Shown piece after piece: positions 18,373-27,701 of a stretch of 32,000 nt of DNA. The DNA is from Nitrosomonas europaea (GTDB lineage Bacteria; Pseudomonadota; Gammaproteobacteria; Burkholderiales; Nitrosomonadaceae), in NCBI RefSeq assembly GCF_900167395.1, contig NZ_FUWK01000013.1:20798-52797 (forward strand), in the 5' to 3' direction. Position numbers and translations under genes: made by a program. The notes beneath the pieces are model-generated. The model searched no databases. It saw only the letters and a program-made list of their open reading frames with translations, and was not told the origin of the DNA. How positions within the stretch are numbered: position 1 is the first letter of the stretch; each line of letters starts with the position of its first letter.

Positions 18373-20778
18373 ATGCCGCGACTCACCCCGCTCGCCCTGG
18401 CCGCTGCACTGGCCTTGCCGTCATTGGTATTCATCGTTTCGCCAGCTCATGCCCAGACGTCTACCGCTATGCCTATCTCTCTGCCCGCGCAGTCACTGGG
18501 CGCCGCGCTGAATGAGCTGGCCTGGCAGGCAGGCTTGCAGTTGATGGTGCATCCCGATCTGGTGGAAGATAAGCAGGCGCCAGCCGTATCGGGCAGCCTG
18601 ACGCCACGGCAGGCGCTGGACAGGGTGCTGGCCGGCAGCGGACTGAAGGCGGATATCCAGGGGACGGAAGTCATCATCCGACGGATGCCTGCAGCGGAGT
18701 CCGGCGTGACTACGCTGGTCGAGATGAAGGTGACGGCGCAGGGCATGGATGATGGTACCACCGAAGGCACGGGCAGCTACACCACGCGCAGCATGGGCAC
18801 GGTCACCGGGCTGGTGCTGTCGCCGCGTGAAACACCGCAATCGGTCAGCGTCATCACGCATCAGCGTATCGAGGATCAAAGGCTGGTGTCAGTGGCCGAG
18901 GCGTTGCGCAACGCACCCGGTGTTTCATACAAGGCGATTGATCGTGGTCGTGGCGGCACTACCGTGCGCGGCTTCAGCCTTACCAATTTCCAGATCGACG
19001 GCGTACCGACGATCCTCGATGCCAATATGGACATCGACAACGCCAGCATCGCGATCTACGACCGTATCGAGGTGGTACGCGGCGCCACCGGCTTGCGCTC
19101 CGGCGCGGGCGATCCGGGGGCGACTATCAACCTCGTGCGCAAGCATGCAAACAACAAGGTGTTCACCGGCAATCTCATGTTGGAGGCAGGTTCCTGGAAC
19201 CGCTACGGCGCCACGGCCGACCTCACCGCACCGTTGAATACCGACGGTTCGGTGCGTGCCCGCGTGGTGGCCAATTACCGCGATCAGGGCGGCTTTATCG
19301 ATTTCGAGCAGACTCGAACTACGGTGTTCTACGGCATTGTCGATGCTGACCTCGGCAACCGCACGCGTCTGAGCCTGGGCTTCAGCGATCAGCGCAACGA
19401 GCGCAAGGGAACCTATTGGGGTGGCCTGCCGGTCTGGTATGCTGACGGCACACGTACTGAGTGGGACCGTTCCAAGACTACGGCGGCCAAATGGCATCGG
19501 TGGGATGATCACTTGCAGAGCGTGTTCGCGTCGCTCGATCATTACTTCGATGGCGGCTGGTCGATTCAGGTCAACGCCCAGTACCTGCGCGCCAAGGAAG
19601 TCACCAATCTGCTTTGGTTCGGAGGACTGCCAGATCGCACTACCGGCCTGGGCATGAGTGCGTGGCCATACTACTACCGGGGTAAGCCGCGACAATACCA
19701 GATCAATATCCAGGCTGGCGGTCCCTTCGAGCTGTTCGGTCGCACGCATGAACTGATGGTTGGCGCGGTGCACATGCACGGCAAGAGCGGCTGGGATTCG
19801 GCGGATCAGATCGGCGACCCCGCGCCGGTCGGCGATTTTAATCACTGGGACGGCTCCTATCCCGAGCCGGTTTATGGCCCGACGTATGTCGGTCGTGGAC
19901 AGACCGAAACCCAGTCAGCCGCCTACGCTGCCGCGCGCTTGAACTTGAGCGACCCGCTCAAGCTGATCGTCGGCACACGCGTCACCCGCTTCGACCGCGA
20001 CATCACCGCCATGTGGGGGGCACCCCCCTACGAAATGCGTGAATCTGCCGTCTTCACGCCGTATCTTGGCGTGTTGTACGACCTGAGCACCCATCTGACC
20101 GCCTATGCCGGCTACACCAGCATCTTCTCGCCACAGAACTTGCGCGACCGCAACGGCGGCTATCTCGATCCGCTCGAAGGCCAGAGCTATGAAGCAGGCC
20201 TCAAATCCGAGTTCTTTGATGGCAATCTCTACGCCTCGGCATCCGTGTTTCGCATTCAGCAGGAGAACTTCGGCGTGCTTGATGGCGGCACGCTGGTGCC
20301 CGGCACCACCGAGTGGGCATACCGTGCCGAAAAAGGGGTGAAGAGCGAAGGCTACGAACTGGAAATCACGGGCAGGATTCTCCCGCGCTGGGATGTCAGC
20401 CTGAGCTGGACACAGTTCTCGGCCAAGAACCGTGAAGGTGAGCGCGTTGCATTCCGGTATCCGTCACGTATGCTCAAGCTGTTCACCAAGTATGATCTGT
20501 CTGGTGCCTTAAACGGCCTCAGCATCGGTGGCAATGTTGAATGGCAGAACGACATGCCTGACTGGCGTGCGAACCCTGCCACCGGCCTGCAAGAGAACGT
20601 CGGCCAGTCGGCTTTCGCCACCGTGGGGCTGATGGCGCGCTACCAGCTCAACAAATCACTGTCAGTGCAGGCCAACATCTATAACCTGTTCGACAAGCAA
20701 TACTACGAGGGTTCGTGGGGAACCTTCACCTATGGCGAGCCGCGCCGGATTTTGGCCAACCTGACGTACCGGTTCTGA
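18373..20778 (+). CDS. TonB-dependent siderophore receptor with an N-terminal STN signalling domain (FecA/FpvA-like)
   Basis: The signal peptide ends in AHA. The STN-like segment is ISLPAQSLGAALNELAWQAGLQLMV...ALDRVLAGSGL. A plug and barrel follow, with C-terminal LTYRF. The ORF track starts at GTG 18358. ATG 18373 is preferred because GGAG lies upstream. Confidence 0.9.
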   Translation: MPRLTPLALAAALALPSLVFIVSPAHAQTSTAMPISLPAQSLGAALNELAWQAGLQLMVHPDLVEDKQAPAVSGSLTPRQALDRVLAGSGLKADIQGTEVIIRRMPAAESGVTTLVEMKVTAQGMDDGTTEGTGSYTTRSMGTVTGLVLSPRETPQSVSVITHQRIEDQRLVSVAEALRNAPGVSYKAIDRGRGGTTVRGFSLTNFQIDGVPTILDANMDIDNASIAIYDRIEVVRGATGLRSGAGDPGATINLVRKHANNKVFTGNLMLEAGSWNRYGATADLTAPLNTDGSVRARVVANYRDQGGFIDFEQTRTTVFYGIVDADLGNRTRLSLGFSDQRNERKGTYWGGLPVWYADGTRTEWDRSKTTAAKWHRWDDHLQSVFASLDHYFDGGWSIQVNAQYLRAKEVTNLLWFGGLPDRTTGLGMSAWPYYYRGKPRQYQINIQAGGPFELFGRTHELMVGAVHMHGKSGWDSADQIGDPAPVGDFNHWDGSYPEPVYGPTYVGRGQTETQSAAYAAARLNLSDPLKLIVGTRVTRFDRDITAMWGAPPYEMRESAVFTPYLGVLYDLSTHLTAYAGYTSIFSPQNLRDRNGGYLDPLEGQSYEAGLKSEFFDGNLYASASVFRIQQENFGVLDGGTLVPGTTEWAYRAEKGVKSEGYELEITGRILPRWDVSLSWTQFSAKNREGERVAFRYPSRMLKLFTKYDLSGALNGLSIGGNVEWQNDMPDWRANPATGLQENVGQSAFATVGLMARYQLNKSLSVQANIYNLFDKQYYEGSWGTFTYGEPRRILANLTYRF

Positions 20779-21021
20779 TCCGATTGCGTTTGTCGGCACC
20801 TCCGTATCCGGCAACCGTGCGTGCCTCTGTCGATCCAATAGTCGCTTCTCGCATCGCCACCAGCCTTGCTGGGCGGCTACGCCTTCTGCCGTGCTTTGCT
20901 GCCACGTGCGCCGGATCAGCGAGGGATTTCAGATAATTTATCAGCCTTTTGCAACGCGGATTTTACTGCGCTCCGATTTTGCTGGAGAATTTGGGTTTTA
21001 TCCACGAAATTCCGTTACCCG

Positions 21022-21390
21022 ATGTCGAAACTGTTATTCAAGCTGAGAAACGTACCGGATGATGAAGCAGAAGAAGTACGGGCGCTGCTGAGCGCGCACC
21101 AGATCGATTTTTATGAGACTTCTGCCGGTAACTGGGGGATTTCTCTGCCGGCACTGTGGGTACGCGATGAGACGCAGTATTCACAAGCGAGGGAATTGCT
21201 GGATGTCTACCAGGCGGAGCGCAGTGCACATGTTCGTGAGGAATATGCCCGACTCAAACAGGAGGGGAAACACAAAACGGTGCTCGACAGTTTTCGTGAA
21301 AATCCCTTCGCTTTCATTGCTTACCTGTTTATCGTGTACGCCTTGCTGTATCTTCCTTATAAGATCATTACCGGGCTGAGCAGTCAATAA
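21022..21390 (+). CDS. DUF6164-family protein
   Basis: MSKLLFKLRNVPDDEAEEVRALLSAHQIDFYETSAGNWGIS... matches my recollection of DUF6164 proteins. The longer track ORF (from 20866) adds an implausible Cys/Arg-rich extension. Confidence 0.7.
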   Translation: MSKLLFKLRNVPDDEAEEVRALLSAHQIDFYETSAGNWGISLPALWVRDETQYSQARELLDVYQAERSAHVREEYARLKQEGKHKTVLDSFRENPFAFIAYLFIVYALLYLPYKIITGLSSQ

Positions 21391-21535
21391 AAGAACCTGT
21401 TTAATATCTCACTGAAGGACGCATTGCGGCGTTGAAATTGAACTCAACATACTCACATACTTCGAGTATGCTCCGCTTTTGCGTCCAATTTTGCCTTGCA
21501 CTGCATTCCTTGATCGAGATCCTGAACAGGTTCTT
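21391..21535. repeat. 145-nt imperfect palindrome (long hairpin element) between the DUF6164 gene and lnt
   Basis: The outer arms aagaacctgtt (21391-21401) and aacaggttctt (21525-21535) are perfect. Inner matching blocks are aaattg/caattt (21435-40 / 21486-91) and catactc/gagtatg (21448-54 / 21464-70). Confidence 0.55.
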
Positions 21536-21600
21536 AAGCTCATTTTCCTGGCTGCGGTAGATTACTTTTCTGCTCCGATTTTTCTTGATCCGATAGAAGT

Positions 21601-23103
21601 GTGAATATATTGAACGGTTATTTCAGACTGATTGCTGCATTTGCGTTGGGTGTGGCAACGGTTTCCGGTTTTGCGCCTTTTTATCTTTATCCGATTCCGG
21701 TGGTCACGCTGGCGTTGCTTGCTCTGCTCTGGCGCAGGAGCAGGACACCTGGCCAGGCTGCGCTGACTGGATTTACCTTTGGCATGGGCCTGTTTGGTGC
21801 GGGTGTAACCTGGCTTTACGTCAGTTTGCATGATTTTGGCCATATGGAGCCCGCGCTGGCGGTACTGGCGCTGATAATCCTGTGCGCTTATCTTGCATTA
21901 TTTCCTGCGTTGACCGGATGGATCACCGCTTTCCGGCATTTTCGTGCATCCTGGGCATGGCCGGGGATGGTAGCGGCACTCTGGGCGCTGGCGGAATGGT
22001 TGCGCGGTACTCTGTTTACCGGTTTTCCGTGGCTGACAGTCGGTTATTCGCAGGCACCGGCCAGTCCTTTGGCGGGGTTTGCTCCGGTGATCGGGGTGTA
22101 TGGCTTGTCGTTGCTGCTGATGTTGAGTGCAGCCTGGCTTGCCTGTTGGCTGGAGAACAGACAGAGCCACCGTTTCTGGCTGGGGCTGGGAAGTGTCTGG
22201 CTCATTGGTTTTGGTTTGCAGCAGATTCACTGGACGCAGCCGGAAGGAGAGCCGGTGACGGTCAGTTTGCTGCAAGGTAATATTCCACAGAATATGAAAT
22301 GGCAACCGGAACATCTTGCAGCTACCATGCAGATTTATGCTGAACTGGTGCAGGAAAGCCCGAGCAGGTTGATCGTTACTCCGGAAATTTCGTTTCCCCT
22401 GTTTTACGAACAGGCGCCACAGGACTATCTGGCGTTATTGGCTGAACATGCCCGCTCCCGCCAGGGTGATTTGCTGATCGGCATGGCGGAACGTTCTTCA
22501 TCCGACAATGGCTATTACAACACCATGTTCAGTTTCGGTACTTCGCCGGAGCAAAGTTATCGCAAATACCATCTGGTTCCGTTCGGGGAATATATTCCGC
22601 TGAAGCCGGTATTTGGCTGGATCATCGACGTGCTGCACATTCCGCTGTCTGATTTTTCGCGTGGAGGACTGGATCAGCAGCCGTTGGATCTGGCCGGGCA
22701 GCAGGTGGCCGTCAATATCTGCTATGAAGATGTGTTTGGTGAGGAAATCATCATGCAGCTGCCGCAGGCCAGCCTGCTGGTCAATGTCAGTAATGATGCC
22801 TGGTTTGGCCGCTCGATCGGTCCGCGGCAGCATCTGCAGATTTCGCAGATGCGCGCGCTGGAAACAGGTCGTTACATGTTGCGGGCGACCAATACTGGCG
22901 TGACCGCTATCATCGATGAGCGAGGCAGAGTGCTGGAGCAGCTGGATATGTTTACCACTGCCGGTTTGCACAGCACTGCACAGGGTTTTGGCGGTGCTAC
23001 TCCCTATGTTCGATTCGGAAACAGTCTCGTATTTGCGTTGATTGGCCTGCTGTTGCTGGCCGGCAGCCTGGCGGCATTTTCCGGGAGACGCAAAACTCTG
23101 TAG
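21601..23103 (+). CDS. lnt: Apolipoprotein N-acyltransferase
   Basis: 500 aa. It has N-terminal multi-TM helices and a C-terminal CN-hydrolase domain ([24 protein letters not shown]). It starts at GTG. Confidence 0.9.
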   Translation: MNILNGYFRLIAAFALGVATVSGFAPFYLYPIPVVTLALLALLWRRSRTPGQAALTGFTFGMGLFGAGVTWLYVSLHDFGHMEPALAVLALIILCAYLALFPALTGWITAFRHFRASWAWPGMVAALWALAEWLRGTLFTGFPWLTVGYSQAPASPLAGFAPVIGVYGLSLLLMLSAAWLACWLENRQSHRFWLGLGSVWLIGFGLQQIHWTQPEGEPVTVSLLQGNIPQNMKWQPEHLAATMQIYAELVQESPSRLIVTPEISFPLFYEQAPQDYLALLAEHARSRQGDLLIGMAERSSSDNGYYNTMFSFGTSPEQSYRKYHLVPFGEYIPLKPVFGWIIDVLHIPLSDFSRGGLDQQPLDLAGQQVAVNICYEDVFGEEIIMQLPQASLLVNVSNDAWFGRSIGPRQHLQISQMRALETGRYMLRATNTGVTAIIDERGRVLEQLDMFTTAGLHSTAQGFGGATPYVRFGNSLVFALIGLLLLAGSLAAFSGRRKTL

Positions 23104-23158
23104 AATGGGCCCGGTTCATCATCAGGCCGCTATCAACCCATCGCTAAACCGTCGTAAC

Positions 23159-24082
23159 ATGTCTATTCCCACTTTTCAGGAAATCATTCTTACCCTTCAG
23201 CAATACTGGGGGCAGCAGGGTTGTGCATTGCTGCAGCCTTACGATATGGAGGTCGGTGCCGGTACCAGCCATACCGCAACCTTTCTGCGGGCACTCGGGC
23301 CGGAACCCTGGCGTGCTGCCTACGTGCAGCCTTCCCGCCGTCCCAAGGATGGCCGCTATGGCGATAATCCCAACCGCCTGCAGCATTACTACCAGTTTCA
23401 GGTTGTACTGAAACCCGCACCACACGATATTCTGGATCTGTATTTCCGTTCGTTGCAGATACTGGGGCTGGATTTGCAGCAGAACGATGTGCGCCTGGTT
23501 GAGGATGACTGGGAGAATCCCACACTCGGTGCCTGGGGGCTGGGCTGGGAAGTCTGGCTGAATGGTATGGAAGTGACCCAGTTCACTTATTTTCAGCAGG
23601 TGGGCGGGATCAACTGCCGGCCGATCACGGGGGAAATCACCTACGGGCTGGAACGTCTTGCCATGTATCTGCAGGGAGTGGAAAACGTGTTCGATCTGAC
23701 CTGGACGGATGGGCTGACCTATGGCGATGTCTATCACCAGAATGAAGTGGAACAGTCCACCTACAATTTCGAATACAGCGATACCGGATTTCTGCTGCTT
23801 TCTTTCGATAAACTGGAAGCACAAGCCAATCAGCTGATCGATGCACAACTGGCATTACCCGCCTATGAGCAGGTACTGAAGGCTGCGCATACCTTCAATC
23901 TGCTGGATGCGCGCGGTGCGATTTCAGTAACCGAACGTGCAGCCTACATTGGCCGTATCCGCAATCTGTCGCGCCGCGTGGCACAAGCCTATTACGATAG
24001 CCGCTTGCGTCTGCAGCCACCGTTTCCGCTGGCACCACGTGAGTGGGTCGCTCAGATTCTGAATCAGGCGGAGTCGGCATGA
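23159..24082 (+). CDS. glyQ: Glycine--tRNA ligase alpha subunit
   Basis: [36 protein letters not shown]... is a highly conserved GlyQ sequence. The stop overlaps the glyS start. Confidence 0.95.
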   Translation: MSIPTFQEIILTLQQYWGQQGCALLQPYDMEVGAGTSHTATFLRALGPEPWRAAYVQPSRRPKDGRYGDNPNRLQHYYQFQVVLKPAPHDILDLYFRSLQILGLDLQQNDVRLVEDDWENPTLGAWGLGWEVWLNGMEVTQFTYFQQVGGINCRPITGEITYGLERLAMYLQGVENVFDLTWTDGLTYGDVYHQNEVEQSTYNFEYSDTGFLLLSFDKLEAQANQLIDAQLALPAYEQVLKAAHTFNLLDARGAISVTERAAYIGRIRNLSRRVAQAYYDSRLRLQPPFPLAPREWVAQILNQAESA

Positions 24083-26226
24083 TGATCGAAAATTTACTGA
24101 TCGAACTCCTGACCGAAGAACTCCCACCCAAATCACTCGACAAACTGGGCAATGCTTTTGCCGCCGTCATTGCCGACAGCCTGAAAAGCCAGAATCTGAC
24201 TACACCGGATACTATCCTGACTGCCTTTGCTTCCCCCCGCCGGCTGGCGGTGCATCTGACCGCCATTCCTGCTCAGGCACCGGATCAGGTCGTAGCGCTC
24301 AAACTGATGCCGATTACCGTCGGGCTGGATGCACAAGGGCAGCCAACGCCGGCATTACATAAAAAACTGGCTGCGCTGGGTATGGAAAATGTCGATGCCT
24401 CTGCGCTCAAACGGGTGCAGGAGAGTAAGGCGGAAATGCTGTTCCTGGAACAGAACGTTACTGGAATTCTGCTGGCAGCGGGTTTGCAGAAGGCGATGGA
24501 GGATGCCATTCGGCAACTGCCCGTTTCCAAAGTCATGACCTATCAGCTCGATGACGGCTGGGAGAATGTGCATTTCGTGCGGCCGGTACACGGACTGATT
24601 GCATTGCACGGGCAGAAAATCATACCGGTCAGCGCGTTTGGATTGACTGCCGGGAATACTACGCGCGGACATCGTTTTGAAGTAAAACAGACCGAGCTGA
24701 TCATCGATCATGCAGATCGCTATGCTTCCCTACTGGAAACGGAAGGGGCTGTGATTCCGGGGTTTGACAGGCGCCGCAGCTGGATCCGGGAAGGGCTGGA
24801 GGCTGCCGCGAGTGCAGTGCAATTGCGTTGTATCAGCGATGAGGTATTGCTCGATGAGGTCACTGCACTGGTGGAGTATCCCAATATCCTGATGGGAGCA
24901 TTCCCGACAGATTTTCTGGAAGTGCCGCAGGAATGCCTGATCTCGACCATGAAAATCAACCAGAAATATTTTCCTCTGCTGGATACCGATGGAAAACTGA
25001 CCAACCAGTTTCTGATCGTTGCCAATATCACGCCGGCTGATCCGGGGCAGATCATCTCGGGTAACGAGCGGGTGATCCGCTCGCGGCTGGCGGATGCAAA
25101 ATTCTTCTTCGATCACGATCGCAAGCGTACGCTGGCTTCACGCCTGCCCGATCTGGACAAGGTGATCTACCATCACCAGTTGGGTTCACAAGGGGAGCGA
25201 ACCCGCTATGTGCAGACACTGGCACGAATCATCGGACGGCTGCTGGGTGACGATAACCTGGCCGGTCAGGCGGATCAGGCCGCGATGCTGGCCAAGGCCG
25301 ATCTGCTGACCGATATGGTCGGAGAATTTCCCGAGCTGCAGGGCATCATGGGACGTTATTACGCCCGATTCGAGGGAATGGATGAAACGATTGCATTTGC
25401 CATCGAGGATCACTACAAACCCCGCTTTGCCGGAGATGTGTTACCGCGCAGTATGGCGGGAATTTGCGTGGCACTGGCCGATAAACTGGAAACCTTGATC
25501 AGTCTGTTCAGTATTGGCCAGCTTCCGACCGGTGACAAAGATCCTTACGCACTGCGGCGGCATGCACTGGGCGTCATCCGTATCCTCATCGAAAAAAATC
25601 TGCCGATCGGGCTGGATGTGCTGATTTCACGCGCGGCTGATGTATTGCAGGATGAAATGATTGGAAAACAGGATTCGGGGCCGGGTCATGCGCGTCCGGT
25701 AACGCCGCAACTGGTGGGACAGTTGCAGGATTTCTTTTACGATCGTCTTGCCGCCAGCCTGCGTGATCAGGGTTACACGGCTCAGGAAGTGGAAGCTGTT
25801 CTGAATCTGCGGCCTTCACTGCTGTGTGAAATCCCCCGGCGGCTGGCGGCGGTGCGTGCATTTGCCGCCTTGCCCGAGGCAGCCAGTCTGGCGGCGGCCA
25901 ATAAACGGGTCGGCAATATCCTCAAAAAATCGGAATGTGATGCAACTGTCGCTATCGATGAAGCCTGTTTGCAGGCGTCAGCTGAAATCACTCTGTATCG
26001 CGCCTTGTCCGAAATTGAATCCGATGCCAGGCAAGCTTTTCAAAACGGTGATTATGTGACTGCCCTGCAAATTCTGGCGGCCTTGAAAGCACCGGTCGAT
26101 GCCTTTTTCGATCAGGTAATGGTGAATGATGAGAATGAGGCATTGCGACGCAATCGCCTGGCCCTGCTGATGGCATTGCAGGCGACGATGAACCGCGTCG
26201 CGGATATTTCCCGGTTAGCTGCCTGA
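24079..26226 (+). CDS. glyS: Glycine--tRNA ligase beta subunit
   Basis: [18 protein letters not shown] is a typical GlyS N-terminus. The protein is about 715 aa. ATGATGA overlaps the glyQ stop. Confidence 0.95.
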   Translation: MMIENLLIELLTEELPPKSLDKLGNAFAAVIADSLKSQNLTTPDTILTAFASPRRLAVHLTAIPAQAPDQVVALKLMPITVGLDAQGQPTPALHKKLAALGMENVDASALKRVQESKAEMLFLEQNVTGILLAAGLQKAMEDAIRQLPVSKVMTYQLDDGWENVHFVRPVHGLIALHGQKIIPVSAFGLTAGNTTRGHRFEVKQTELIIDHADRYASLLETEGAVIPGFDRRRSWIREGLEAAASAVQLRCISDEVLLDEVTALVEYPNILMGAFPTDFLEVPQECLISTMKINQKYFPLLDTDGKLTNQFLIVANITPADPGQIISGNERVIRSRLADAKFFFDHDRKRTLASRLPDLDKVIYHHQLGSQGERTRYVQTLARIIGRLLGDDNLAGQADQAAMLAKADLLTDMVGEFPELQGIMGRYYARFEGMDETIAFAIEDHYKPRFAGDVLPRSMAGICVALADKLETLISLFSIGQLPTGDKDPYALRRHALGVIRILIEKNLPIGLDVLISRAADVLQDEMIGKQDSGPGHARPVTPQLVGQLQDFFYDRLAASLRDQGYTAQEVEAVLNLRPSLLCEIPRRLAAVRAFAALPEAASLAAANKRVGNILKKSECDATVAIDEACLQASAEITLYRALSEIESDARQAFQNGDYVTALQILAALKAPVDAFFDQVMVNDENEALRRNRLALLMALQATMNRVADISRLAA

Positions 26227-26237
26227 GTATCCCGGAA

Positions 26238-26780
26238 ATGAAACTGATCATTCTCGACCAGAACGGCGTCATCAATTATGGCAGTGAAACCTATATCAGA
26301 GCACCCGGTGAGTGGAAATCCATTCCTGGCAGCCTGCAGGCGATTGCACGGCTGACTCATGCCGGTTATCGGGTGGTGACTGCCACCAATCAATCCGGCA
26401 TCGGGCGCGGTTTGCTCGACATGACGACCTTCAATTCGATCAACGACAGGATGCTGCGCGCCGTGCAGCAGGAAGGCGGGCGGATCGATTCCCTGTTTTT
26501 CTGCCCGCACACTCAGCATGACAAATGTAGCTGTCGCAAGCCGGGTATCGGCATGTTCAAGGAGATCCGGCAACGCTACGGCATTGAACTCAGCCATGTA
26601 CTTGCGGTGGGTGATTCTTTGCGCGATCTGCAGGCGGCTGCCAAAGTGGGCGCCATTCCCGTGCTGGTGTTGACCGGCAAGGGCCAGGTCACCCTGGCGG
26701 AGGGTAATCTGCCAGCAGGTACGCAAATCTATCCGGATTTGTCAGCAGTGGCAGACAGCCTCGAAGTAGAGGCAGTGTAA
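26238..26780 (+). CDS. gmhB: D-glycero-beta-D-manno-heptose-1,7-bisphosphate 7-phosphatase-like HAD protein
   Basis: 180 aa. It has TNQSGIGRG, the Zn-loop CPH...C.CRKP, and GDSLRDLQAA. HAD motif I reads LDQNG instead of the canonical DRDG. Confidence 0.8.
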   Translation: MKLIILDQNGVINYGSETYIRAPGEWKSIPGSLQAIARLTHAGYRVVTATNQSGIGRGLLDMTTFNSINDRMLRAVQQEGGRIDSLFFCPHTQHDKCSCRKPGIGMFKEIRQRYGIELSHVLAVGDSLRDLQAAAKVGAIPVLVLTGKGQVTLAEGNLPAGTQIYPDLSAVADSLEVEAV

Positions 26781-27508
26781 TGGCCGGTTTGCGTTCTCTG
26801 ATCTACATGCTGCTGCAGGCAATTATTACACCGCCGTATGCGCTGTTTACGCTGATGTGTTTCGCGTTGCCTCCTCATTCCCGCTATCAAGTCACTTATG
26901 GCTGGACCCGGCTGATGCTGTTCATGCTGCGTACCATCTGCGGCCTGCGTTATGAAGTGCTGGGACGGGAAAATATCCCGGATCAGCCATCGATCATCCT
27001 TTCCAAGCACCAGTCCGCCTGGGAAACACTGGCCTTGCAGCAGATTTTTCCACCGCAGGTATGGGTGCTGAAAAAAGAACTGCTGCGCATTCCATTCTTC
27101 GGCTGGGGGCTTGCCATGACCAGCCCGATCGCGATCGACCGCAGTGCCGGCAAAGCAGCGCTGGAGCAGATCGTAGAGCAGGGAAGGGAACGGTTGCAGC
27201 AGAATTTCTGGATCGTCGTTTTCCCCGAAGGTACGCGCATTCCCCCTGGCAAAAAAGGCAAATACCGCATTGGTGGCGCCTGGCTGGCTGTGCATACCGG
27301 TGCGCTGGTCGTACCGGTGGCGCACAATGCCGGGGAATTCTGGGGCAGAAATTCCTTCATCAAATATCCCGGCACCATCACGTTGAGTATCGGCCATCCG
27401 ATTCATCCGGATGGCATCGAAGCAGGCGAGCTGATGGCACAGGCGGAAGCATGGATAGAAGCTGAAACTGCACGCATCAGTCGCCCGTCACACCGGCCGA
27501 TCGAATGA
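26780..27508 (+). CDS. plsC: 1-acyl-sn-glycerol-3-phosphate (lysophospholipid) acyltransferase
   Basis: 242 aa. It has an N-terminal TM, the acyltransferase block KHQSAWETL and the FPEGTR motif. Its start overlaps the gmhB stop. Confidence 0.8.
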   Translation: MAGLRSLIYMLLQAIITPPYALFTLMCFALPPHSRYQVTYGWTRLMLFMLRTICGLRYEVLGRENIPDQPSIILSKHQSAWETLALQQIFPPQVWVLKKELLRIPFFGWGLAMTSPIAIDRSAGKAALEQIVEQGRERLQQNFWIVVFPEGTRIPPGKKGKYRIGGAWLAVHTGALVVPVAHNAGEFWGRNSFIKYPGTITLSIGHPIHPDGIEAGELMAQAEAWIEAETARISRPSHRPIE

Positions 27509-27701
27509 TCGTGATATTGACAATCATCACCTGAGCTGTTTTGGCCATTATCCGAGCCATCGTTTTCTTCTCCCGCACGAATTGAAATAATCTGTTTTCT
27601 GCAACAGGCAGAGAGTATTATTTGATTGACATAGTCGGATCAGATACACGATCAGAATCGATCTGACAGAAAGCGGGACTATTCAGTCAAGGAGAAAAAA
27701 C

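Noticed and set aside
17395-19845. Long antisense ORFs inside the FecR and receptor genes (for example 17395-17970, 18925-19845 at 306 aa, and 18493-18879).
   Set aside because: They lie opposite ORFs with clear family signatures and have Arg/Ala/Gly/Pro-rich, low-complexity translations. This is the usual shadow-ORF pattern of GC-rich coding DNA.
20866-24078. N-terminal extensions proposed by the ORF track for the DUF6164 gene (20866), glyQ (23042) and glyS (24043).
   Set aside because: The extensions are Cys/Arg/Trp-rich and overlap upstream genes. Conserved N-termini begin at internal ATGs (21022, 23159, 24079).
26112-27406. Minus-strand ORFs of 204 aa and 225 aa opposite glyS/gmhB and plsC. 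Also 23144-23848 opposite glyQ, and 12000-12539 and 13100-13636 opposite the ABC and NnrS genes.
   Set aside because: The plus-strand genes are unambiguous. The antisense translations show no motifs and have odd composition.
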